Positions 1-10,145 of a stretch of DNA of 64,000 bases are shown piece by piece; positions within the stretch are counted from its first letter, which is position 1; each line of letters begins with the position of its first letter. A model generated the notes under the pieces. The model was not told the DNA's origin and ran no database searches. It saw only the letters and a list, made by a program, of their open reading frames with translations. This DNA comes from a virus: positions 1 to 64,000 of the IMG/VR virus record IMGVR_UViG_3300009008_000026; one strand, 5' to 3'. A program made the position numbers and the translations under genes.

Positions 1-12
1 GCCACGGATGCG

Positions 13-1038
13 ATGGCAAACAGAGGACAAGTAATAACGTTCTATCATGTTAATTCTGGTCAGAATATGGCGTTTAAAGCGTTCCTCACCACCTACACAG
101 ACACATTCAGACCGGAGTGGACTTCAGAAGCAGTATTCGGAAGAGCAGATCCGATCTATATGTACAAAAACACAGTAAGGTCGATTACCATCGCATTTAA
201 GGTTCCTGCAGCAACGCAGAGTGAGGCATGGCAAAACCTATCTAAAGTGCAGAAATTAACCACGTTTTTATACCCGAACTATAGTGGAGTTGGCGGGTCC
301 GGGCGAACTGCACCAGCACAAACCATCTCCGGCGCACCATTAGTGCGCATGGGGCTTATGAACATAATTCGTACCGCCAAGGATGATACCGGTCATTTAT
401 CACCCACAGACACCGGCGGCATTGTGCCAAATACTCCTGAGACTGGCTTGTTAGGGGTTATTCAAAATGTAACGATTAATCACAACTTAGATAATGGTAG
501 CTCTACTGGCGGTGGTTTCGAACAATCTCAGGATGGTTCTACATCCACATCGATACTGCCAAAGTTTATCGAGGTAAACTTAGACTTTGCAGTGATACAC
601 GAAACCCATCTGGGCTGGTTTGATGACGGCACATTCAGCAATAATGCGTTTCCTTATAATACCCACAATTCCCAGGCGACTTTTGCTGAAAGAGCGCTAT
701 TTGCTGCGATCGTGGATGACATCACAATAGCAGACCAAGAAGAACTCAACGCCGGCGCAGCCAACGCACCAACCGAAGAAGCTGACGCCGCACCACCCGA
801 TCCAGCAACCTCTACATCAGATCAAGCTGCAGTACTGTGGGGTCCCGAACATTCGGAATGGAACAACCGCCACGAACTTATGTGGGGACCTGAACATCCG
901 TTCCAGCTTGAGCTAGCAGCGAGCGATTATGGAATTGCCGAAACAAACCGACGAGAAGGAGAGATTAGAGCACAATCAGATGCATCTGATGCAGTAGACT
1001 TAGCGCAACGGCTGCTCCTATTGGCGGAGGCATTATAA
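13..1038 (+). CDS. Tail tube-like / baseplate protein of a contractile tail
   Basis: N-terminal 'YTDTFRPEW..EAVFGRADPIYMYKNTVRSITIAF' and 'IQNVTINH...LPKFIEVNLDFAVIH' resemble tube-fold baseplate proteins; lies directly before LysM and hub-like genes. Confidence 0.6.
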   Translation: MANRGQVITFYHVNSGQNMAFKAFLTTYTDTFRPEWTSEAVFGRADPIYMYKNTVRSITIAFKVPAATQSEAWQNLSKVQKLTTFLYPNYSGVGGSGRTAPAQTISGAPLVRMGLMNIIRTAKDDTGHLSPTDTGGIVPNTPETGLLGVIQNVTINHNLDNGSSTGGGFEQSQDGSTSTSILPKFIEVNLDFAVIHETHLGWFDDGTFSNNAFPYNTHNSQATFAERALFAAIVDDITIADQEELNAGAANAPTEEADAAPPDPATSTSDQAAVLWGPEHSEWNNRHELMWGPEHPFQLELAASDYGIAETNRREGEIRAQSDASDAVDLAQRLLLLAEAL

Positions 1039-1376
1039 TGCCCAAAAGATACGCAGCAACAAAAGTACTCACCAATTCAAGCGAATACTACGAACCCTTA
1101 AGAAAGCCGAGAGGGCTTAAAAAGTTGGTTCAATACGCAACACCCAAGTTATACCACCCAACAGCATCCGAGAGAAGAGCACTACAGACAACCCAGCATA
1201 TATACAAATATGGTGATCGCCTCTATACGCTTGCTTACAAGTTTTACGGAAAAGCAGAATATTGGTGGATCATCGCTTGGTTTAACGGATATCCCACGGA
1301 AGTTGATATTCCCAACGGAGCATCCCTGTCAATCCCAATTAACTTAGAAGCAGCTTTAAACGTGCTGCGTGTCTGA
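1038..1376 (+). CDS. LysM-like baseplate wedge protein (T4 gp53 / P2 gpX-like)
   Basis: 'HIYKYGDRLYTLAYKFYGKAEYWWIIAWFN...IPNGASLSIP' is the typical LysM/gp53 pattern. Confidence 0.8.
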   Translation: MPKRYAATKVLTNSSEYYEPLRKPRGLKKLVQYATPKLYHPTASERRALQTTQHIYKYGDRLYTLAYKFYGKAEYWWIIAWFNGYPTEVDIPNGASLSIPINLEAALNVLRV

Positions 1377-1390
1377 TGGGGTGGTGATAT

Positions 1391-4300
1391 ATGTCCGATG
1401 ATATTAAAGCGCCATCGATCATAAAGCTAAGAGAGACGCTAGATGCGATGACAGAAGAGGAGAAGGGTACTGCTGCCATTCCATCATATGATGAACTCGT
1501 AGCAGCTGCCCAGAATAATGAGTTTGCCGAGGGCGTGTGGCAATCCGACTTTACGGTTAATATGGATGATCCGAACCTATATTGGAATAACCAATCAATT
1601 ATTGCGATGAACGATGATAACCACAATTGGAAAGGACCTGAAATGCCGTTCCTCGATGGATCGCCCAATCAGCTGGATGTCTCGACCATATGGGATCTGA
1701 ACGCTGCACTGTCGGTCGTTGCTGCGCAACCCGGTGGCGAATACGGCGCCCGCAGACCCGTTATTCCGACTCGTCCCGGAAATTGGGACCAATTCATTAC
1801 GCATGGCGGTCCTACAACGGGCCCCGGGTCAGAGTGGTATTCTAAAGATGACACCCGCATCGGCAATCGTGCACGTGAAGCCATGGCAGGAACTCCCTAC
1901 TGGGGCGCCCTAATGGGAACCGGTTATGAGATACCCGAACACAACGGTCTTTTTCTTGGCGGCACCTACAAAGATGACACAAACTCGCCATCCGCCGTTA
2001 CCTCTGTCTACCGGGCAACCCGAAAGACGTACACCCCAATCGTTGTGGTCGACCGCATGGACGGCATGCACGCGCGCCCGCGGACAGTAGCTAGCGACGA
2101 TAAGACTACAAAATACAGCTTAAATTCACAACCAGCCACCGCCACCAGTGAAGATTCCGTTATCGCAGCTGCTCAGAGGACTTCCAAAATGTATATGCAG
2201 TTCGCTGCAAATTTAATCAACGGGCTAAGGATGAAACACCTAATGATTGGACCATTCGCGCCTGAAGATTCTTCGGTCGACCCGGGCGATATTTGGAGAG
2301 AGATGAATGGAAAATTTCAGGCATGCCCCGCTACTGTTGGCATGGGGGATTTTAAAGAAGACTGGCTCGAACAGATTGAAGCGTCCATGCCTGATCATCG
2401 CGCCGCATGGCAAGCCCGTATAATCGAGGCTGGTGCAATGAGTGCCGACTACGCGGACTCCGGCGAATCCAAGAAGACAATTGTGCGCTCCACTTTTACC
2501 CGCGGATTAGATAAACAGGGGATGAAAATATTGGAAGTTAGTGATGGCAACCAAGAACAGCGCACCGCGCTGTTCGGCCTAGTTGGCCGCGGCGCCGGCG
2601 ACGATTTTGGACCCTTGCGCTTTAACCAAGCGGGAGCGGTGAAAGCACCCAACCAAACACTAGGGGCTCCTATAATTGATAGCATATCGGATTCGATGTT
2701 CACCCCTGGATATATGGCTCATGCAACTTATATTCCTAGTATACCCACTGTTGCAGAGTCAGATATAAAGGAAAGGGATCATCCTCTATATGGTTACCGC
2801 GGCACAGGAGATGACGCCCCGGAAACAGAAAGGCGCTTCATAAACACCCCCGGCAATCCGGAGGTGTTTGGTGTGTTTCAATCTAAGCCTGTCGTCGCAC
2901 TTTTAGACGACAAAACTATGATAGATTTGGTCAACGAACTCTATAGAAAGTGGTTCCAGTATAGGAATATTGCTGGAGAGATGGCATTGCGTGCATGCGA
3001 CGAGGGCGATGAAAATGCATTGGGAGAAGTGGGCATAGGCGATGAGGAAACAACTGCCGAAGATCTTGAGGCGGCAAATGCAGCTGCAGCTGCAGCAATA
3101 GCTGAAGCAGACGTCATTCTCGCCCTTGCACAGACATCCCCCCTTGAAGCAACCTTTAGAGAGCAGTGCTATCTTCTGTCCGACATTTTCAATTTAGCCG
3201 GCAAACGCCCAACAGATTCAAAGCCACTGCCCTACATTCCACCAGACAATGGCAACGCGATCGCGACAAATGCATCAATCGAGGTTAATGGATCTCCGTT
3301 TGGCTTTATGAATATGCTAACGGGTGATCCAAAGATGTATCCGCTCATGCAAGCGCATCACTCTCAGCTATCCGCATTACAGCCCACAATTCGCCTGTTT
3401 AAGGTAACAGACGAAACTGATGAAGCCGGAAACAGGAGCCAACATGAACAAGAGTTCAATTTCGACTCTCACGAGAAGAACTATAAAGAAACGACTACGG
3501 CAACAATGCTACAGAACTCCCGGACACGCGGTCATGGCGCCGGTATTAAAAACTTTGAGTTCACCTACGATGGAAGCAACCCATTCGCTGCAAAAAAGAG
3601 CATCAAAGCTACACTAACCATTTTCGCCAACAGTTTCGACGAACTAATGAAATTGCGTGGATCCGACGCTGCTAGTCAATATAGGTATTTAGATCTCGCT
3701 CTTAAAACAGGTCGCCGAAACATACCGTCTGAGCAGGGTGATTGCACTGAACCAACTCACCAGCAAGGGTCAAACACCACCGGCAATACAGCACAACAAG
3801 ATGCAGAGTTGGCAAAGCTGCAGTTTAGGCTAAAGGCGGTTGTAGGATATGCCAAACCTCCACGCAACGAATCGGATCCCACTGGTGCCCAGTTCTGGAG
3901 CGTGAGGGATCGCGGCGATCGTATCGGTATTCTCCAAAGAGGAGACAAGGTGTATAATGATGTACACGAAGCGGTATCCCACAGTTTTGTAACCATCAAC
4001 CTGACGCCGACAGTGCATGATTTTGCTTTCGACGATATGGGTCGAGTTACAATGACCATCAAATACTTGGCATATGTAGAGGACTTTTTCGACAGCCCGA
4101 CTTTCAATATCTTCTCAGATCTTGACATTGGAAAAGAGGTGCTGCATCGCAAAATGCGCTTTACAAAGCTGGCGACGTTCTGTGAACAAGAGAAGATGTC
4201 CGAGATCAAAGAGTCCGAAAGCCAAAACATAGCCCAAAATAAGATTGATGCTCTCCAAGCGCTTTTTGCGCGTATGTATACAAGGGGAAAGATAAGAACG

Positions 4301-5944
4301 ATTAACCTGACGTATGATCAGCTAGCCTCTTGGCGGCGGCATGGCCCATATTCGGCTATAGCTTTCACCCCACAAGATGTTGGCACTGCCTCGGCAACCC
4401 TTACTGGCTCTATCGGAATTAATGCCGCCGCCATCTTTGCCGAAGCCATGGCAGACACCGATGCAGAAAGAGCCCGGGCAGCCACCCAGACTCGCCAAAC
4501 CATACTCAGCAATGGTCAAAGCCAGAACATTCAGTTCTTTTACGCCGGCGATCTTGTTGATGAGATACTCGCTGGCATAGAAGAATATTTGGCACCTGAT
4601 GGGATGCGCGCACTCCTTGACGAGAGTGATTATTTTAAGGTCTACCCCACTGACCAAGCCGCGCCCATCACTCAATGCGAAATCGATTTCGAAAAATACA
4701 AGATTGAAAAGTTCGCAGAACAATTTAAGAGGTTTAGGACAGTACTGGGCCCAATAGAGTTAGTAAACCAAGCAAACCTCTCAGACTCGCGGTTCACCAA
4801 TTTCGGCAACGTGCCGGTATCTGTTAAGTATTTTACTGAGTGGCTGACCAAGCAAATGCTCACTAAAGAACGCGCAGAATACCCCCTTCCGCATTTCTTG
4901 AACAACTTCTTTAACATGCTTATTCGAAACTTCCTCAACGACGATACTTGCTTCTCGACAAACATAAAACAAAAAATAAGAGTTAATCAAGCAGTGGTTA
5001 CTGATTACACATCACAAGAAGCATGGAACCGAAAGGCAGAATCTGAATACGAATCAATTGACACACTAACATACGAAACATTAAGATATACAGCTGCTCT
5101 CGGCTCTTACGCGCCCCTGCGTGTTGCCTCTGGGCGCCTCACCTATGGTCCCGATGGGAGAGTAGTCTCGCGCCAACTCGACGCTACGGGTGTAGAATTA
5201 CCACTCCCAGCCCTTAATATATCGGGCCCCGACGGTGATCGCCACAGCACAACGACCGGTCTTGATGGTGGGCTGGACAGAGAAACAAACTATTTGATTT
5301 ACTATGCCGGCAGAACCAAACCAACCGAACAAATGACAGGAGACCCCACAATCGACATCAACAACGGAATCCTTCATTATGGCATGGGGCTCCAGAACGG
5401 CATTGTGAGAGACATTTCTCTCAAAAAGACTGAAGCACCATACCTCCCAGAGGTCAGATTTGAACAAGAGGGGTATGATGGACTACAGCAGTTGAGAGTG
5501 ACCTACGACGCGGATATTAAGACCTTTCCACTGCCAAACGCATTCCCGGGACAATATCTCTATATCGACCCGACCACCTTCGCCCCCGGCGCAGCACTTT
5601 GGGAAGACCGAAATGCCGCCGGCGAGGTATACAACTTAACGCACTTTGGTATAGGTGGGTATTTCATGATAATCAGGTCTACCCACCGATTCGGACCCGG
5701 CGAAGCCACAACCACAATTCAGGCAAAATGGGTCGCAGAACACGAAGGACGCAGCCAAGAAGTTAACGCTGCCGGCGATGCTGTTGATACGGAAGACGGC
5801 GGATCGACCCTCGATCGAGGACGTTGCCACGAGGCACAAAACTTACGAGCATTGGGGTCGCTAGGCGACTATATAGACAGTCCCGAAGAGGAAGAAGCAG
5901 CCCGCGAAGCCCAGTTAAACCCCGAAGTCGCTGAGGGACCATAA
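1391..5944 (+). CDS. Large baseplate hub-like protein (1517 aa)
   Basis: Follows the LysM gene; C-terminal 'PGQYLYID...GIGGYFMIIRSTHRF...TTIQAKW' resembles the end of gpD/gp27-like hubs. Confidence 0.55.
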   Translation: MSDDIKAPSIIKLRETLDAMTEEEKGTAAIPSYDELVAAAQNNEFAEGVWQSDFTVNMDDPNLYWNNQSIIAMNDDNHNWKGPEMPFLDGSPNQLDVSTIWDLNAALSVVAAQPGGEYGARRPVIPTRPGNWDQFITHGGPTTGPGSEWYSKDDTRIGNRAREAMAGTPYWGALMGTGYEIPEHNGLFLGGTYKDDTNSPSAVTSVYRATRKTYTPIVVVDRMDGMHARPRTVASDDKTTKYSLNSQPATATSEDSVIAAAQRTSKMYMQFAANLINGLRMKHLMIGPFAPEDSSVDPGDIWREMNGKFQACPATVGMGDFKEDWLEQIEASMPDHRAAWQARIIEAGAMSADYADSGESKKTIVRSTFTRGLDKQGMKILEVSDGNQEQRTALFGLVGRGAGDDFGPLRFNQAGAVKAPNQTLGAPIIDSISDSMFTPGYMAHATYIPSIPTVAESDIKERDHPLYGYRGTGDDAPETERRFINTPGNPEVFGVFQSKPVVALLDDKTMIDLVNELYRKWFQYRNIAGEMALRACDEGDENALGEVGIGDEETTAEDLEAANAAAAAAIAEADVILALAQTSPLEATFREQCYLLSDIFNLAGKRPTDSKPLPYIPPDNGNAIATNASIEVNGSPFGFMNMLTGDPKMYPLMQAHHSQLSALQPTIRLFKVTDETDEAGNRSQHEQEFNFDSHEKNYKETTTATMLQNSRTRGHGAGIKNFEFTYDGSNPFAAKKSIKATLTIFANSFDELMKLRGSDAASQYRYLDLALKTGRRNIPSEQGDCTEPTHQQGSNTTGNTAQQDAELAKLQFRLKAVVGYAKPPRNESDPTGAQFWSVRDRGDRIGILQRGDKVYNDVHEAVSHSFVTINLTPTVHDFAFDDMGRVTMTIKYLAYVEDFFDSPTFNIFSDLDIGKEVLHRKMRFTKLATFCEQEKMSEIKESESQNIAQNKIDALQALFARMYTRGKIRTINLTYDQLASWRRHGPYSAIAFTPQDVGTASATLTGSIGINAAAIFAEAMADTDAERARAATQTRQTILSNGQSQNIQFFYAGDLVDEILAGIEEYLAPDGMRALLDESDYFKVYPTDQAAPITQCEIDFEKYKIEKFAEQFKRFRTVLGPIELVNQANLSDSRFTNFGNVPVSVKYFTEWLTKQMLTKERAEYPLPHFLNNFFNMLIRNFLNDDTCFSTNIKQKIRVNQAVVTDYTSQEAWNRKAESEYESIDTLTYETLRYTAALGSYAPLRVASGRLTYGPDGRVVSRQLDATGVELPLPALNISGPDGDRHSTTTGLDGGLDRETNYLIYYAGRTKPTEQMTGDPTIDINNGILHYGMGLQNGIVRDISLKKTEAPYLPEVRFEQEGYDGLQQLRVTYDADIKTFPLPNAFPGQYLYIDPTTFAPGAALWEDRNAAGEVYNLTHFGIGGYFMIIRSTHRFGPGEATTTIQAKWVAEHEGRSQEVNAAGDAVDTEDGGSTLDRGRCHEAQNLRALGSLGDYIDSPEEEEAAREAQLNPEVAEGP

Positions 5945-7158
5945 TGTCAACATTTTACGCAAAGAACAACAAGGAATCCACAAGAGCACTCTTCAACAAG
6001 AGGTTAATCTACAGAGTCGACTCAAATCCTGAGAATGTACGCCATCTCGTGAATTTCAATTTCGGAGAGAAGGCTCTCTTTGGCAGAGTAGATCGTCAAT
6101 ATATCCCCATTGTCCTTAACTACGACGGTATACTCACAGACCTTAAGGTGCCCCAATTCGCCCAATCGCGCAGCGTTCGTAGCCTGTCGTATGTTACTAA
6201 TGCCTTTAACGATATGGCGCGCGAATTCCGCCGAAAGATAATGCAAGGAGAGATCTCCGGAGATAGCAAGTATTTAGGCGCTATTTCGGCATACAAGGGT
6301 TTAGTTAGCCCAATAAAGGCGTATAACAGCCACATAGAAAATTATGCCCAAGCATTTCGGCAGATCTTTATTACTAGAGATATTAAGGTGAGAGATTTCG
6401 ATGAGTTTGTGGGCTATTTTATGGCGTATATAGAGCGTACCAGTCGAACCATTCCATTTACACAATCAGGCTTTATAAAAAGCCGGCATTCTACCGTAAT
6501 GAACACGGGGCTGGCGATTGAGATTGCTGATCTTGACGCTTCGGACGACGATACTAAAATTCAAGATTTCATTGACGATCCCAACTGGAAGTGTTATGTT
6601 AATATGTGCAATCGCTATGGGTTCATGATCGATAGCAATATACCATGGAGAATTGTGGCAGATATAGGATCAGAAGGAATGAGCACATATACCGCCGGAC
6701 TAGGGCTCGGCACTGCCACAGCCGTGATTGCTGCCCAGTTTAGAAAAGGCTATAGTATTGATAATCAACTACTGGTTAAGACGCTTCTGGGCATTTACGA
6801 CACTGTAAAAAAGCAATCTTTCCAAGAGTTGGAAGTTTGCAATGGGTCCACCATCAGCCACACGATTTATCCCGAAACCTACACAGTCGAGGGGCTAAAA
6901 GAAAAATACTCCCCGGAATATTTCATCGATCTATACTGTAGGATACGGTTCTTCGAGGAGGAGTCGCAGTTCGGACCAGACGAGCAGGCATCTCTTATTG
7001 ACGATTGCTTGGAGATGTCTCACCTTGAAACACCCATCGCCGCACTGAAGGTTTTTGAGATTGTTTTAAATAAACCATTTGACTATCGCGGCTCATTGAG
7101 TTATATTAGAGAAAGCAACAAAGCAAAACGCAAGCTCAAAGAGACGGAGAATGGGTGA
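5944..7158 (+). CDS. Hypothetical protein (404 aa)
   Basis: Long ORF translationally coupled to the hub gene; no recognised motif. Confidence 0.75.
   Translation: MSTFYAKNNKESTRALFNKRLIYRVDSNPENVRHLVNFNFGEKALFGRVDRQYIPIVLNYDGILTDLKVPQFAQSRSVRSLSYVTNAFNDMAREFRRKIMQGEISGDSKYLGAISAYKGLVSPIKAYNSHIENYAQAFRQIFITRDIKVRDFDEFVGYFMAYIERTSRTIPFTQSGFIKSRHSTVMNTGLAIEIADLDASDDDTKIQDFIDDPNWKCYVNMCNRYGFMIDSNIPWRIVADIGSEGMSTYTAGLGLGTATAVIAAQFRKGYSIDNQLLVKTLLGIYDTVKKQSFQELEVCNGSTISHTIYPETYTVEGLKEKYSPEYFIDLYCRIRFFEEESQFGPDEQASLIDDCLEMSHLETPIAALKVFEIVLNKPFDYRGSLSYIRESNKAKRKLKETENG
7079..7107 (+). promoter_or_regulatory. Sigma70-type promoter upstream of the polA-like gene
   Basis: TTGACT-N17-TATATT. Confidence 0.5.
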
Positions 7159-8339
7159 TATTCCAGACAATTGACGATAAATCGGAGTGCGTAGGGATCT
7201 ACGCTGACGGACGCCTTCACTACAATAACTTCCCAGAAGATCTGTCTAAGACGTGGAAGTATACGGGATCGCTCACTGATTCCGATGTTGAATATGCATG
7301 GCTTTATACCGGCGGCAAAACACTCGCAGAAGTGTGCCCCGAAGACCTTCTACCAAGGCTCCAAGCTTCCCAGCGGCGGTCCCGCGCATATATTCGGTCG
7401 TTCGAGATTGCTAAAATCGATCTTCGGGAGCACTGCATATTTGATCTCGTGCCGGAAGACTACCTTAAGGATTTCTGCGAGATTAAGAACAAGATAACAC
7501 AGCACGTATTTGAGACATACGAAAGACCAGAGGTCTATGAACACCAGAGTGAGATCCAAAAGCTTTTGTATAAGATCTCTTACCAAAGGCTAAATTTGAG
7601 TGTTTCGGGCTGCAGGAATCTTCACTATTCGTACCGAAATTCGCAGAAAGTTAAAGAGTTGGTAAATGGTTATCGTCATATTGAGTATAATCTGTTTGGA
7701 ACAGTAACTGGTCGCTTAACAACCACACAGAGTAGCTTTCCTATACTCACAGTTAAGAAAGACTTTCGAAAGCTCTTGAAACCGAACAATGATTGGTTTT
7801 TATCACTAGATTATAATGCCGCTGAAGTTCGAACGTTTATTGGATTAGCCGGCGAAGAGCAGCCTCAAGAAGATGTACATACGTGGCACATAAAGAATCT
7901 CATCGCCGACTCAATAAGCCGGTCTGACGCAAAGGTTAAGTTCTTCGCATGGCTTTACAATCCAGATTCAGCCGACAAGGAGTTTGATCGCTATCATCGA
8001 CAAAAAGTACTTGACAAATGGTATGATGGTGTTTATATTAAGACTATATTCAAACGACGAATTCCGGTTGATAGGAGAAAAGCGTTAAATTACCTTATTC
8101 AAAGCACCACTTCCGATCTTGTACTAGAGCGCGCTGTGGCGATTGATAAATTTTTAGAGGATAAGAAGTCGTTTATCTCTCATATCGTGCATGATGAGAT
8201 CGTAGTAGATCTCGCAGATAGTGAACGAGAGATAGCACCTCAAATAAGAGAAATATTTGCAAACAATAAGATAGGCAATTTTATGGTCAATCTTACCTGT
8301 GGCAAGAACTATTTGGAAATGGAAGAGTTAAAAATATGA
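7155..8339 (+). CDS. Minimal family A DNA polymerase (394 aa)
   Basis: 'GTVTGRLTT', motif A 'LDYNAAEVR', motif B 'RSDAKVKFFAWLY', 'ALNYLIQSTTSD', motif C 'IVHDEIV'. Confidence 0.8.
   Translation: MIFQTIDDKSECVGIYADGRLHYNNFPEDLSKTWKYTGSLTDSDVEYAWLYTGGKTLAEVCPEDLLPRLQASQRRSRAYIRSFEIAKIDLREHCIFDLVPEDYLKDFCEIKNKITQHVFETYERPEVYEHQSEIQKLLYKISYQRLNLSVSGCRNLHYSYRNSQKVKELVNGYRHIEYNLFGTVTGRLTTTQSSFPILTVKKDFRKLLKPNNDWFLSLDYNAAEVRTFIGLAGEEQPQEDVHTWHIKNLIADSISRSDAKVKFFAWLYNPDSADKEFDRYHRQKVLDKWYDGVYIKTIFKRRIPVDRRKALNYLIQSTTSDLVLERAVAIDKFLEDKKSFISHIVHDEIVVDLADSEREIAPQIREIFANNKIGNFMVNLTCGKNYLEMEELKI
8011..8039 (+). promoter_or_regulatory. Sigma70-type promoter inside the polA-like gene
   Basis: TTGACA-N17-TATATT. 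Confidence 0.45.
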
Positions 8340-9190
8340 TCTCAATAATTGGCATTGGCTCTGCTGGATCGGCTATCGCAGAGAGGTTCGCAACTACGGG
8401 TAATTACGACGTTTATATGTTAAATCATAGCGTAAAAGAGAACTCAGATCAAGAGTATAAGACAGAGAACTTTGACTCCCCAGAAGAGTACGAAAACAAC
8501 ATTCCAGACCTGTCAGAGTTTTTTGCGAATGTGCGTGATCGAGTGCAGGTATTCGTCATGGGCTCCTCAATGAGTTCAAACTATGTTTTGGGAATCCTCC
8601 AGCAAATAAGCCATAAACAGATAGACCTATTCTATATTAAGCCAGACACAGAACTTCTTACTGGGATGCCCCGTGTTGTGGAAAGGGTTGTTTTTGGAGT
8701 CTTGCAAGAATACGCGCGCTCTGGTATGTTTAGGTCGCTTACGTTGATCTCGAATCTAGATCTGGAAACAGCGCTTGGTGAAGTGCCGATTAAGACATAT
8801 TACGACACCCTGAATCAAAGCATATTCTCGACCGTTCACCACCTCAACTATTTCGAGTTCTCCGATCCGGAGATTGGACAAGTTTCCAAACCAGCCGCCA
8901 TGAATAGAATCCGAACAATAGGATTCCTCGATATCAAGAGGCTTAAAGAAAAGTTTCTTTTTCCCCTTGACACCCCTCGCGAGCTATGTTATTATATCTG
9001 TATAAACGATGAAAGGCTCGCTACTGAAGGCGGACTACACAAGAAACTGGTCGATATGCTAAAGAGTAAACCGAAGAATGCATTTCTAAAAATGTCATAT
9101 GCGATATATGGCACTCCACATGCAGATTTCGGATTTGTTGTGGCACATACAAATGTGATTCAGCAAGAAAAAGTGCTTGACAACGAATAA
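8336..9190 (+). CDS. Divergent tubulin/FtsZ-like protein
   Basis: N-terminal 'ISIIGIGSAGSAIAERF' matches the FtsZ/tubulin T1 loop; later 'LISNLDLE...YYDTLNQSI' fits the fold; the GGGTG(S/T)G signature is eroded ('GSSMSS'). Confidence 0.55.
   Translation: MISIIGIGSAGSAIAERFATTGNYDVYMLNHSVKENSDQEYKTENFDSPEEYENNIPDLSEFFANVRDRVQVFVMGSSMSSNYVLGILQQISHKQIDLFYIKPDTELLTGMPRVVERVVFGVLQEYARSGMFRSLTLISNLDLETALGEVPIKTYYDTLNQSIFSTVHHLNYFEFSDPEIGQVSKPAAMNRIRTIGFLDIKRLKEKFLFPLDTPRELCYYICINDERLATEGGLHKKLVDMLKSKPKNAFLKMSYAIYGTPHADFGFVVAHTNVIQQEKVLDNE
8967..8995 (+). promoter_or_regulatory. Sigma70-type promoter with extended -10
   Basis: TTGACA-N17-TATTAT with TG at -15/-14. Confidence 0.45.
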
Positions 9191-9205
9191 CAAAGATGTT
9201 ATATT
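9177..9205 (+). promoter_or_regulatory. Sigma70-type promoter for the ssb gene
   Basis: TTGACA-N17-TATATT with TG, at the gene boundary. Confidence 0.65.
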
Positions 9206-9289
9206 ATTAATACAAGCAACCGGTTTGCTATCGGTGCTTTAAAACCAAAGAGACAAGGAACGCTTGTCTCGAACCCACAAGGAGAAATT

Positions 9290-10057
9290 ATGGGTATTAA
9301 CATGGAGCTAATGCGCAACAAGCTCGCAAACTTGCGCGGAGAAAATAAACAAGATACGAACAGTGTTTGGTTCAAGCCAGACGCCGGAGACACTAGCATC
9401 CGAATGGTGCCGACGAATGATGGAGATCCTCTTAAGGAAATGTTCTTCCATTATAACGTTGGAGATCATCGTGGCGGCATTTTGTGTCCTAAGCGTAACT
9501 TTGGGGAGAAGTGTCCAATCTGCGACTTTGCTTCTACTCTATGGCGCGAAGGAACCGATAACAATGACGAAGCCAGCAAAGATTTAGCAAAGTCCCTGTT
9601 CGTTCGAACCCGATATTTCAGCCCCGTCGTAGTGCGTGGCAAAGAAGATGAGGGCATTAAGGTTTACGGGTACGGCAAGCAAGCTTACGGTCTGCTGCTT
9701 GGATATGTGCTCGATCCTGATTATGGAGACATCACAGATGCCACGGAAGGTACAGATATTGTGCTGACCTACACTAAAGCTACCGGTCCCGGCAGCTTCC
9801 CCAAGACCAACCTAAAAATGCGTCGTAAATCATCCCCCTTGCTTGAGGACACGGAAGCTATCCCCGCCCTCCTTGATGGCATGCCGAATTTTGACACTCT
9901 ATTTGAGCGTCTTACTCCGGAGCAAGTTGACGCTATTCTCGATGAGCAACTCGCCGGAGACGGATCCGCCGAAACGCGATCATCTGAGACTACCAAGTAC
10001 AATACTCGTGCAACGTCTGACGTAGATCGTGCGTTTAATGAACTAGTAGCTGGTTAG
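9290..10057 (+). CDS. Single-stranded DNA-binding protein, T4 gp32-like
   Basis: 'WFKP..G...IRMVP', Zn site 'H..CPKRNFGEKCPIC', 'YGDITDATEGTDI', acidic tail ending 'DVDRAFNELV'; good RBS. Confidence 0.85.
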   Translation: MGINMELMRNKLANLRGENKQDTNSVWFKPDAGDTSIRMVPTNDGDPLKEMFFHYNVGDHRGGILCPKRNFGEKCPICDFASTLWREGTDNNDEASKDLAKSLFVRTRYFSPVVVRGKEDEGIKVYGYGKQAYGLLLGYVLDPDYGDITDATEGTDIVLTYTKATGPGSFPKTNLKMRRKSSPLLEDTEAIPALLDGMPNFDTLFERLTPEQVDAILDEQLAGDGSAETRSSETTKYNTRATSDVDRAFNELVAG

Positions 10058-10071
10058 GTTGTGTCCGCCGC

Positions 10072-10101
10072 TGGCAGACCGGTCAAAGTCTGCCACCTTT
10101 T
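10072..10101 (+). terminator. Probable intrinsic terminator after ssb
   Basis: TGGCAGAC / GTCTGCCA 8-bp stem followed by CCTTTT. Confidence 0.6.
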
Positions 10102-10145
10102 AATTAGTCCCCAGAACAGAATAAGTTTCAAATAAGTAGGTTATT

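Noticed and set aside
8336-9190. Evidence for a nucleus-forming phage (PhuZ plus chimallin)
   Set aside because: The tubulin signature is eroded, no shell protein or phage RNA polymerase is recognisable, and promoters are host sigma70 type
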